64,000 nt of DNA from Acutalibacteraceae bacterium. GTDB lineage: Bacteria; Actinomycetota; Coriobacteriia; Coriobacteriales; QAMH01. Shown piece after piece: positions 41,483 through 50,106 of the stretch. Position 1 is the stretch's first letter; the number at the start of each line of letters is the position of its first letter. The notes under the pieces were generated by a model. It searched no databases. It saw only the letters and a program-made list of their open reading frames with translations, and had not been told where the DNA came from. The position numbers and the translations under genes are program-made. The stretch is taken from positions 31,487 to 95,486 of the forward strand of contig CAVDAL010000051.1 of the NCBI GenBank assembly GCA_963606965.1, read 5' to 3'.

Positions 41483-42802
41483 ATGTCTACAGGCACAACT
41501 TATATTCAAGGAATTTATGGCGGAAATTCCAAAGGTCTTTATTCTGGCAGCAGAGGCTATGGTCGCGGTTCTATGATTTATAGAAAGCCTCCAAAAAAGT
41601 GGCCCAAAATACTTATTGCTGTTTTAATTTTAATTCTTATTATTTTGCTCTTATGGCAATTTGCTTGTGGCGGTTTGCCATTTTTGAAATCAAATAATGC
41701 TGAAGAACAAAATGATACAAAGCAAGTAGCAGCTATTACGTCGCTTAAAAATTATATAAATGATATGGATAATGGCGCTACTGCAACAATTGTTGTTAGC
41801 GGCGTTGGTGACTGCACACTTGGTACAGATGAAAATTTTGACATGGATACTAGTTTTGTAAACATGTATAAAAAAGTTGGCAACGCAAGCTACTTTTTCT
41901 CGAATGTTTTAGCTTATCTTCGCAATGATAATTTAACAATTTGTAATTTTGAAGGAACACTTTCTTCACAAGGTGAGCGTGCCGACAAAGAATTTGCATT
42001 CCGCGGCCCTGCTAAATATTCAAAAATTTTAACTGCTGGCTCCGTTGAAGCAGCAAATCTTGCAAATAATCACTCATATGATTATGGAAATGATGCATAT
42101 GAAGATACAAAGAAAAATTTGACAAATGCTAATATCACAAATTTTGGCTTTGACCGCGTGAATACATATACAGTAAATAATATTAAAGTTGGGCTTTTTG
42201 GTATTAATTGCATAAGTGGGTATGAAGATAAAGAAGACCTTGTGAAGCAAGATATTGAAGCTTTGCAGCAAGAAAATTGCAATTTGATTATAGGCTGCTT
42301 CCATTGGGGCATTGAAGGCGATCATAAATTAGAAAGCAATCAAGTAAAACTTGCTCATTCAGCTATTGATGCAGGTTGTGACCTTGTATTAGGTACTCAT
42401 CCTCATGTTTTGCAAGGCGTTGAAAAATATAATGATCGCTATATTTGCTATTCGCTTGGAAACTTCTGTTTTGGCGGCAATGACAATCCACAAGAATATG
42501 AAACAATGATCTTCCAACAAGCTTTTGTATTCAGGAATGGTGAACTTGTCATGGACGATGAAACAATAAACAATATTGATATCATTCCATGTTCTGTAAG
42601 TTCAAGCAATAGCATAAATGATTATCAGCCAACTCCTTTAAAAGGTAAGAAAGCTAAAACTTTGATTAATAATCTTAATAGCTATTCCAAAAAGATTGAA
42701 GGAAGCGGCATTTCATTTGCTAAATCATTCAATGATGATGGAACAATTTCAATTTCAGGGAGCAAAGCTAGCGCTATAACTCCTGCTGGTTCTACTGGTT
42801 AA
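41483..42802 (+). CDS. CapA-family (PGA_cap, metallophosphatase-like) membrane-anchored protein
   Basis: Single TM segment 'ILIAVLILILIILLLW' followed by 'GD..LG', 'NLANNHS.D.G', 'HWG.E', 'G.HPH..Q' CapA-type motifs. Confidence 0.75.
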   Translation: MSTGTTYIQGIYGGNSKGLYSGSRGYGRGSMIYRKPPKKWPKILIAVLILILIILLLWQFACGGLPFLKSNNAEEQNDTKQVAAITSLKNYINDMDNGATATIVVSGVGDCTLGTDENFDMDTSFVNMYKKVGNASYFFSNVLAYLRNDNLTICNFEGTLSSQGERADKEFAFRGPAKYSKILTAGSVEAANLANNHSYDYGNDAYEDTKKNLTNANITNFGFDRVNTYTVNNIKVGLFGINCISGYEDKEDLVKQDIEALQQENCNLIIGCFHWGIEGDHKLESNQVKLAHSAIDAGCDLVLGTHPHVLQGVEKYNDRYICYSLGNFCFGGNDNPQEYETMIFQQAFVFRNGELVMDDETINNIDIIPCSVSSSNSINDYQPTPLKGKKAKTLINNLNSYSKKIEGSGISFAKSFNDDGTISISGSKASAITPAGSTG

Positions 42803-42820
42803 AAACAAAAGAGGGTATTC

Positions 42821-43885
42821 ATGGCATTATCTATTGGTATCGTTGGCTTGCCCAACGTAGGGAAGTCGACGCTTTTTAATTCGCTTACAAAGCAAAATAT
42901 TCTTGCTGCAAACTATCCATTTGCAACAATTGAGCCAAATCAAGGCATTGTTTCTGTGCCAGATGAGCGCTTGCAAGTTTTAGCAGACATTGTAAATCCA
43001 GGCCGCATTGTTCCTGCAACTGTTGAATTTGTTGATATTGCTGGTCTTGTAAAGGGCGCAAGTGAAGGCGAAGGTCTTGGCAATCAATTTTTGGCTAATA
43101 TTCGTGAAACAAATGCAATTTGTGAAGTTGTTCGATATTTCGAAGACCCAGAAATTGTGCGTTCAGAATGTTGTACTGACCCAATTTCAGACGTTGAAAC
43201 AATTCGCACAGAATTAATTTTGGCAGATTTAGCAACGCTTGAAAAAGCAATTCCAAGAATTGAAAAAGATGTAAAGCGCGATAAAAGTTTTGCTGCAAAG
43301 CTTGAACTTGTAAAGCGCGTTTTTGAATTTTTGAATGAAGGCAAGCCTGCAAGAATGATGGATATGAATGAGGAAGAACAAGAACTCATTTATGACCTTC
43401 ATCTTTTAACAATGAAGCCAGTTTTATATCTTGCAAATGTTGATGAAGCTGATTTAACATCTGAGCTTACTCCAATTGATGGAGAACAGCCATTAGCAAT
43501 TTGTGCAAAGGTTGAAGCTGAGCTTGCAGAACTTGATGATGCAGATGCAAAAGAATATCTTGAATCTATGGGATTGGAAGAATCAGGTTTAAGCAGACTT
43601 GCAAAAGCTGCATATAAATTGCTTGGTCTTCAATCTTTCTTCACAGCAGGAGAGATGGAAGTAAAAGCTTGGACAATTCCAATTGGTTGCAAGGCTCCAC
43701 AAGCTGCTGGCGTTATTCATACAGACTTTGAACGCGGCTTTATCAAAGCAGAAACAGCAAGCTATAGCGATTATGTTGAATATAATGGTGAACAAGGCTG
43801 CAGAGCAGCAGGCAAGTTGCGCCAAGAAGGCAAGGAATATGTTGTGCAAGATGGTGACATTATGCACTTCAAGTTTAACGTTTAA
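42821..43885 (+). CDS. ychF: Ribosome-binding ATPase YchF
   Basis: 'GIVGLPNVGKSTLFN', 'FVDIAGLV.GAS.GEGLGN.FL', C-terminal TGS-like 'DGDI..F.FNV'. Confidence 0.95.
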   Translation: MALSIGIVGLPNVGKSTLFNSLTKQNILAANYPFATIEPNQGIVSVPDERLQVLADIVNPGRIVPATVEFVDIAGLVKGASEGEGLGNQFLANIRETNAICEVVRYFEDPEIVRSECCTDPISDVETIRTELILADLATLEKAIPRIEKDVKRDKSFAAKLELVKRVFEFLNEGKPARMMDMNEEEQELIYDLHLLTMKPVLYLANVDEADLTSELTPIDGEQPLAICAKVEAELAELDDADAKEYLESMGLEESGLSRLAKAAYKLLGLQSFFTAGEMEVKAWTIPIGCKAPQAAGVIHTDFERGFIKAETASYSDYVEYNGEQGCRAAGKLRQEGKEYVVQDGDIMHFKFNV

Positions 43886-43988
43886 ATAATTCACTTCGCG
43901 CACTTGCGGGTGTTAAATAGGATGTTTTCTTCTGCTTGCGCGCTATTATAAATTTGTAATGTTTGGTTTTTTACAGAAGGTAAGTTAA

Positions 43989-45626
43989 ATGTCTTTAGTT
44001 GATTTTTTACGAAATAATGCAAAAGAACATGGCAATGAAATTGCATTAGTAGAGATTAATCCAGAAATCCAAGAAGATCGTCATGTTACATGGCGTGATT
44101 ATGATCTTATTCAAACAACTAAAAAAGAAGCTTATCGTCGTGAAATTACATGGAAAGTTTTTGATGAAAAAGCTAATCGCTTTGCAAATTTGCTGATTGA
44201 TCGCGGTGTTAAAAAAGGTGACAAAGTTGCAATTTTATTTATGAATTGTTTGGAATGGCTGCCTGTTTATTTTGGCATTCTGAAGACTGGTGCAATTGTT
44301 GTGCCGCTTAATTATCGCTATACAAGTGAAGAAATTGAATATTGTCTTGATTTAGCTGAAGTTGATGTTTTAATTTTTGGTCCAGAATTTCTTGGCCGTG
44401 TTGAAGAAATTGCAACAAGCATCCAAGCTCATAGGCTTTTATATTATTTTGGCAATGACTGCCCAACTTTCGCTGAAAATTATTTAGAAGATACAGCAAA
44501 TTCATCAAGTGCAGACCCGAATATCGAACTTGCAGATGATGATTATGCAGCTATATATTTCAGTAGTGGCACAACAGGCTTTCCAAAGGCTATTTTGCAT
44601 AAGCATTCAAGCTTGGTTCATGCTGCAAAAGCAGAGCAAAATCATCATGGACAAATTCATGATGATACATTTTTATGCATTCCACCTTTGTATCATACAG
44701 GCGCAAAAATGCATTGGTTTGGCAGTCTTATTTCATGTTCAAAAGCTGTCCTTTTGCGCGGCGTTAAACCAAAAACAATTTTTGAAGCGATAAGCAATGA
44801 ACATTGCACAATTGTTTGGCTTCTTGTTCCTTGGGTTCAAGATATTTTGCTAGCAATTGAACAGGGTGACATAAAGCTTGAAGATTATGAACTTGATCAG
44901 TGGAGATTGATGCATATCGGTGCTCAGCCTGTCCCACAAAGTTTGATTCATAAATGGAAGAAGCTCTTCCCACATCATCAATATGATACAAATTATGGTC
45001 TTTCTGAATCTTTAGGGCCTGGATGTGTACATCTTGGTGTTGACAATATAGACCATGTTGGAGCTATTGGTGTTCCAGGCTATGGTTGGCAAGCCAAGAT
45101 TGTAAACGAAGATAATACACTCGTTAAGCAGGGCGAAGTTGGCGAACTTTGTGTAAAAGGTCCAGCTTTGATGATTTGCTATTACAGAAATGAAAAAGCA
45201 ACACAAGAAACTTTGATTGATGGATGGTTGCATACAGGCGACATGGCGAAGCAAGACGACGAAGGTTTTTACTGGCTCGTTGATCGTAAAAAAGATGTTG
45301 TTATTTCTGGTGGAGAAAATATCTATCCTGTTCAGGTCGAGGACTTCTTAAGTGCGAACCCTGCCATCAAAGATGTAGCTGTTATTGGTTTGCCAGATGA
45401 ACGACTTGGTGAAATTGCAGCAGCAATTATTGAGCTTAAACCTGAATATTTAGAAACAACAGAAGAAGACATCAATAAATTCTGTTTGAAACTTCCGCGT
45501 TATAAACGTCCTCGCAAAATTATTTTTGCAGATGTCCCACGCAATCCAACAGGCAAAATTGAAAAGCCTCTTTTGCGTGAACGCTATGGCGCGACAAATA
45601 TCGTAAATCAAGAAAATATAAGTTAA
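43989..45626 (+). CDS. AMP-forming acyl-CoA synthetase/ligase (ANL family), substrate unknown
   Basis: 'YFSSGTTGFPKA', 'YGLSE', 'GWLHTGD', 'VDRKKDV.ISGGENIYP', terminal 'PRN..GKI.K'. Confidence 0.85.
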   Translation: MSLVDFLRNNAKEHGNEIALVEINPEIQEDRHVTWRDYDLIQTTKKEAYRREITWKVFDEKANRFANLLIDRGVKKGDKVAILFMNCLEWLPVYFGILKTGAIVVPLNYRYTSEEIEYCLDLAEVDVLIFGPEFLGRVEEIATSIQAHRLLYYFGNDCPTFAENYLEDTANSSSADPNIELADDDYAAIYFSSGTTGFPKAILHKHSSLVHAAKAEQNHHGQIHDDTFLCIPPLYHTGAKMHWFGSLISCSKAVLLRGVKPKTIFEAISNEHCTIVWLLVPWVQDILLAIEQGDIKLEDYELDQWRLMHIGAQPVPQSLIHKWKKLFPHHQYDTNYGLSESLGPGCVHLGVDNIDHVGAIGVPGYGWQAKIVNEDNTLVKQGEVGELCVKGPALMICYYRNEKATQETLIDGWLHTGDMAKQDDEGFYWLVDRKKDVVISGGENIYPVQVEDFLSANPAIKDVAVIGLPDERLGEIAAAIIELKPEYLETTEEDINKFCLKLPRYKRPRKIIFADVPRNPTGKIEKPLLRERYGATNIVNQENIS

Positions 45627-45636
45627 AGGGGAGTCT

Positions 45637-47415
45637 ATGGATAATAAGAAACTTTTATCAGGCAATGAAGCTATAGCACAAGCAGCTTGGGAATGCGGCG
45701 TCGAGCTTGGTGTTGGATATCCTGGCACTCCTTCAACAGAGACTTTGGAAAATTTGTCAAAATTAGGGCAGGTTTATTGCGAGTGGTCACCAAATGAAAA
45801 AGTCGCATTAGAAGTTGGTGCCGGTGCTGCAATTGGTGGAGTCAGAGCTCTTGTAACAATGAAGCATGTCGGCGTGAATGTTGCGGCAGACCCGCTGCTT
45901 TCTGTTTGCAATACAGGTATTAATGCAGGCCTTGTTATTTTAGCTGCAGATGATCCATCAATGTATTCTTCGCAAAATGAACAAGACAGTCGCAACTATG
46001 CTGCTTTTGCAAGAATTCCTTGTTTTGAACCAGCTGATTCTTCAGAGGCGTTTGAATTTACAAAACTTGCATTTGATATTTCAGAAAAATTTGATACGCC
46101 TTGCATGATTCGTGAAACTGTTCGAATTGCTCATACAAAAACAAATGTTGAAATTAGCGGCAAACGTAACAATCTTGAACCGCGTGACTATGAAAATAAT
46201 GTTTCAAAATATGTGATGATGCCCGCTTTTGCAAAAGGCCGCAGACTTTTTGTTGATGAACGTGAACAAAAACTTATTGAATTTGCAGATTCAACAGACA
46301 TTAACCGCATTGAATTAAATGATACAAAGCGCGGCTTTATTTGCAGCGGAGCTGTTTATCAGCAAGTCAAAGAAGCATTCCCAGAAAGTTCATTTTTGAA
46401 GCTTGGAATGTCTTGGCCTCTTCCTGAAAGGAAAATTAAAGAATTTGCAAGCAAAGTTGATGAATGTTATGTCATTGAAGAAACATGCAACTTCTTCAAA
46501 ATGCGCGTTGAAGCTTTGGGCGTTAAGCTTTCAAGTCCTAAAGCTTGTGACATTCCTAAAGATGGCGAACTTACACCAGCAAGAATTTTGCATGCTTTTG
46601 GAGAAGACACAGCTTTGGCTTATGAGCAAGTTCAAGATTTGCCAGCACGTCCACCAGCGCTTTGCCCAGGGTGTCCACACAGGCTAGTTTTTACAGAGTT
46701 ACGCAGGTTAAAAGCAATCGTGACAGGCGATATTGGTTGTTATACGCTCGGGGCAATTGCGCCGCTTAATGCTGTGCATAGCACAGTAGACATGGGCGCT
46801 TCAATTTCAATGGCTCATGGCATGGAATTAGCTCATGTTAGCGAGCGCAAGGGTCGTCCTGTTGTTGGAATAATCGGGGATAGTACTTTTGCTCATTCTG
46901 GCATTACCTCTTTACTTGGAACTGTTTATAACCTTGGGTCTGGCACAATCTGCATTCTGGATAATCGTACTACTGCAATGACAGGCACTCAGGGCAATCC
47001 ATGTAATGGTGAACGTCTTGCTCAAAAATCTCCAGATTTAGATATTGCTAAACGCCAAAATAAAGAACTAAATATTGAGCTTTTGGTCAAAGCTTTAGGT
47101 GTTGAAAATGTTGAATGTGTAAATTCACAAGACTTAAATGCTGTTCGTAAAGCTTTAACAAATGCTTGCAAAGCAACAGATGAATTAGATGTCATTATAT
47201 TCAGATCTCCATGCAGATTAATTGATAGAACTCGCAAGCCAGCTCCAGAAATCAAAGATTGTCATGCTTGTGGAGTCTGCGTTCAAATTGGCTGTCCAGC
47301 TTTAGGCAAGGATGAAAACGGATGTGCAGTGATTGACGCATCTCAATGTGTTGGCTGCGGGCAATGCAGCCAAGTTTGTCCTTTTGAATGCATTATGGAA
47401 AGGCAGGAAATCTAA
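45637..47415 (+). CDS. iorA: Indolepyruvate:ferredoxin oxidoreductase alpha subunit
   Basis: 'L.GNEA.AQ.A.E.G......YPGTPS', 'CPGCPH', 'GD.GCY', two ferredoxin motifs 'CHACGVCVQIGCP' and 'CVGCGQCSQVCP'. Confidence 0.85.
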   Translation: MDNKKLLSGNEAIAQAAWECGVELGVGYPGTPSTETLENLSKLGQVYCEWSPNEKVALEVGAGAAIGGVRALVTMKHVGVNVAADPLLSVCNTGINAGLVILAADDPSMYSSQNEQDSRNYAAFARIPCFEPADSSEAFEFTKLAFDISEKFDTPCMIRETVRIAHTKTNVEISGKRNNLEPRDYENNVSKYVMMPAFAKGRRLFVDEREQKLIEFADSTDINRIELNDTKRGFICSGAVYQQVKEAFPESSFLKLGMSWPLPERKIKEFASKVDECYVIEETCNFFKMRVEALGVKLSSPKACDIPKDGELTPARILHAFGEDTALAYEQVQDLPARPPALCPGCPHRLVFTELRRLKAIVTGDIGCYTLGAIAPLNAVHSTVDMGASISMAHGMELAHVSERKGRPVVGIIGDSTFAHSGITSLLGTVYNLGSGTICILDNRTTAMTGTQGNPCNGERLAQKSPDLDIAKRQNKELNIELLVKALGVENVECVNSQDLNAVRKALTNACKATDELDVIIFRSPCRLIDRTRKPAPEIKDCHACGVCVQIGCPALGKDENGCAVIDASQCVGCGQCSQVCPFECIMERQEI

Positions 47416-47987
47416 TGACTACTACAATTTTGCTTGTTGGAGTTGGTGGACAAGGCACAATTTTAGCAGGCGATTTGCTTGCTAAAACAGCTGCTAAAAG
47501 CGGATATGATGTAAAAATTTCAGAGATTCATGGAATGTCACAGCGCGGAGGCTCTGTAAGTACAGTCGTCCGTTTTGGCGAGTCTGTATCTTCAATGGTA
47601 GTTGATCCAGGATGTGCAGATATTATTATTTCTTTTGAAGAAATTGAAGCTTTGCGCTATCTGCATTATTTGAAAAAAGACGGCACTTTATTTGTGAATG
47701 CTACACAAATCACACCCGTAAGCGTCCACATTGGGAATTTTGAAATGCCACAGGACGCACATGAACGTCTTGATAAATTAGGTGCGCACTTGTTGGATGC
47801 TCAAGAGCTTGCAAATAGTGTTAATTCTCCAAAATCTGCAAATGTTGTTTTGATGGGTGCACTTTCAACAAAGCTTCCATTTGATGCAGCAGTTTGGCGC
47901 GAAGTAATAAAAGAGCGCGTTCCTCAAAAAACAATTGAAAAGAATTTAGAGGCTTTTGACTGTGGCGTTGCAGCAGCTTCAAAGTAA
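47415..47987 (+). CDS. iorB: Indolepyruvate:ferredoxin oxidoreductase beta subunit
   Basis: 'LLVGVGGQGT', 'EIHGMSQRGGSV'. TAATG junction with iorA. Confidence 0.85.
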   Translation: MTTTILLVGVGGQGTILAGDLLAKTAAKSGYDVKISEIHGMSQRGGSVSTVVRFGESVSSMVVDPGCADIIISFEEIEALRYLHYLKKDGTLFVNATQITPVSVHIGNFEMPQDAHERLDKLGAHLLDAQELANSVNSPKSANVVLMGALSTKLPFDAAVWREVIKERVPQKTIEKNLEAFDCGVAAASK

Positions 47988-49020
47988 AAAAGTTTTTTTT
48001 AAGTTTCTTGCAATCTTTCTTGCTTTGTGCCTTTGCGGCTCTTTGACAGGTTGCTTTGGCATGAAGCAAGAAAAGAAAGTAGCTGCATATGTTAATGGGC
48101 AAAAAATTTATGAAAAAACAATCACAAATTATATTGAAGGTTTCAGAAAACAAGAAGGCAGCTATGAAACAAATTCAAGCTGGGCTCAATATTTAGCCTC
48201 ATGTGGATATACAGCTGAATCACTACGACTTTACGTTTTGAATAGCTTGCTAATTCCTCAAGCACTCATAAAACAAGAATGCGCAAAAAGAGATATTAGC
48301 ATTACAGAAAATGAATTGAATAATTCTTTAGAAGCTGAAAAAACACATTATGAATTGAAATATGGGGAAGACACATGGGAAAGCATTCTTTCATCATATG
48401 GATATGATGAAAAGTCATGGGCCAATAATGAAGAACAAAGAATGCTTGAAGAGCGCTTAAAAAATGAACTTTTTACAAAGACAAGTCCAAGTAATTCTGC
48501 AATGCAAGAAGAGTTAAATAGCAACTATTCAGAATATAGCGGCAAACATTCATATTATGTTAAATTTGATACTGAACATGAAGCGAATTCATTTTTTAAG
48601 CTTTTATCAACTACAAAAAATCTCAAACTTAAAAAATCAAGCAAAGTTTTTTTCAAACAATATAATAGTTCTATTAATTCAGGTTGGAATTGTGTTAGTA
48701 GTGACAAACAAAATATGACTAATGATTATATAACCCAGCTTAACAAGCTTGATAAAAATCAGATTTCTGAGCCTTTTGTGTCTAATGGATATTACTATAT
48801 TATCTGGTGCGACAAGACATTTTCTGCTGATAAAGAAACAAAATTAGGAAATGTTCCCAAGCCTATTAAAGATGAAATTTCTAAAAATACAGCAAATAAT
48901 AAGCAAGATGTAAAATTTGAAAAATGGCTAAAAAAGTTGCAAAATTCTGCAACAATCATAATTGCTGATATGCCACAAGACTTGCCTTATGATGTAGATA
49001 TTCCTTTGGAAAATAAATGA
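47956..49020 (+). CDS. PrsA/SurA-like lipoprotein with a degenerate parvulin domain
   Basis: Signal peptide plus lipobox 'SLTGC', SurA-N-like 'VAAYVNGQKI', a parvulin-like C-terminal part. The only usable starts (TTG 47956, GTG 47962, TTG 47968) lie inside iorB. Confidence 0.65.
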   Translation: MTVALQQLQSKKVFFKFLAIFLALCLCGSLTGCFGMKQEKKVAAYVNGQKIYEKTITNYIEGFRKQEGSYETNSSWAQYLASCGYTAESLRLYVLNSLLIPQALIKQECAKRDISITENELNNSLEAEKTHYELKYGEDTWESILSSYGYDEKSWANNEEQRMLEERLKNELFTKTSPSNSAMQEELNSNYSEYSGKHSYYVKFDTEHEANSFFKLLSTTKNLKLKKSSKVFFKQYNSSINSGWNCVSSDKQNMTNDYITQLNKLDKNQISEPFVSNGYYYIIWCDKTFSADKETKLGNVPKPIKDEISKNTANNKQDVKFEKWLKKLQNSATIIIADMPQDLPYDVDIPLENK

Positions 49021-49967
49021 TCGATAACAATTCAAAATGCGTGCGTTTTGCTCCGTCTCCAAGTGGCAGAATGCACTTTGGCAACATTTATTCCGCTATT
49101 TTATCTTGGCTTATTGCTCGCAAAGAAAATGCAAAATTTATAATCAGGATGGAAGATATTGATGAACGCTCCAAAAATAAGCAATATCAGAATTTAATTT
49201 TAGAAGATTTGTCATGGCTTGGACTTGATTGGGACGAAGAACCAATCATTCAGTCTGCTCGCAGCAACTATTATGAAGAAATCTTTAATGCACTTTCAAC
49301 TCAAGCGCACATTTATCCATGTTTTTGCAAACGTGCAGATTTGCATGCAGCAAGTGCGCCTCATGCAAGCGATGGCACGCCAATATATGCTGGAACTTGC
49401 AAAAATTTATCTGATGCCGATGTGGCAGAAAAATTAAAAACTAGGCAGCCTGCATATCGAATCGAAGTCCCCAATAAGGAAATTTCATTCCATGATGAAA
49501 TTCAAGGGACATACAGTCAAAATCTTGCAGGTGAGTGCGGCGATTTTGTCTTAAAAAGAAGCGATGGCATTTTTGCATACCAACTTTGCGTTGTTGCAGA
49601 TGATATTGCTCAAGGTGTAACAGATGTTGTTCGTGGCGCAGATCTTTTATCTTCAACACCAAGACAAATTTATCTATATGAACTTCTTGACAAAAATCAT
49701 CCGCGCTATTTTCATCATCCAGTTTTATTAAGCATGGACGGTAAGCGTCTTTCAAAACGTGATAAATCTTGTGATATGTCTTATCTGCTTAAGAATTTTA
49801 GTCCCCATGATCTGCTTGGTTGGGTTGCATTTTATTTAGGACAAATTGATAGTGCGCAACCTCTCACCCTGCAAGAATTGCTTGATTTATTCACCTTAAA
49901 TAATGTTCCGAATAAGTCTGCTATAATTGCTGACGCGTTTTTAAACGCTACTGCTTTGGGGGTATAG
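49017..49967 (+). CDS. gluQ: Glutamyl-Q tRNA(Asp) synthetase (truncated GluRS paralogue)
   Basis: 'RFAPSPSGRMHFGN' (HIGH-type), Zn motif 'CFC...(n)..Y.GTC', 'RLSKRD'. About 315 aa with no anticodon-binding domain. The stop TAG lies inside the tRNA. Confidence 0.85.
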   Translation: MIDNNSKCVRFAPSPSGRMHFGNIYSAILSWLIARKENAKFIIRMEDIDERSKNKQYQNLILEDLSWLGLDWDEEPIIQSARSNYYEEIFNALSTQAHIYPCFCKRADLHAASAPHASDGTPIYAGTCKNLSDADVAEKLKTRQPAYRIEVPNKEISFHDEIQGTYSQNLAGECGDFVLKRSDGIFAYQLCVVADDIAQGVTDVVRGADLLSSTPRQIYLYELLDKNHPRYFHHPVLLSMDGKRLSKRDKSCDMSYLLKNFSPHDLLGWVAFYLGQIDSAQPLTLQELLDLFTLNNVPNKSAIIADAFLNATALGV

Positions 49968-50033
49968 CTCAGCTGGGAGAGCGCATGACTGGCAGTCATG
50001 AGGTCACGGGTTCGAGCCCCGTTATCTCCACCA
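49958..50033 (+). tRNA. tRNA-Ala (anticodon GGC), CCA encoded
   Basis: Hand-folded cloverleaf: acceptor GGGGGUA/UAUCUCC with G3:U70, D arm GCUC/GAGC, anticodon stem CAUGA/UCAUG with loop CUGGCAG, T arm ACGGG-UUCGAGC-CCCGU, A73-CCA. Confidence 0.95.
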
Positions 50034-50040
50034 CTTAACA

Positions 50041-50072
50041 AAGGCTCCATTCTTTGGAGCCTTTTTTGTTTT
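50041..50072 (+). terminator. Intrinsic terminator after tRNA-Ala
   Basis: 9-bp stem AAGGCTCCA/TGGAGCCTT, 5-nt loop, then TTTTTTGTTTT. Confidence 0.8.
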
Positions 50073-50106
50073 ATCATATTAAAAAACACAAACAAAAGGA
50101 GTATAA

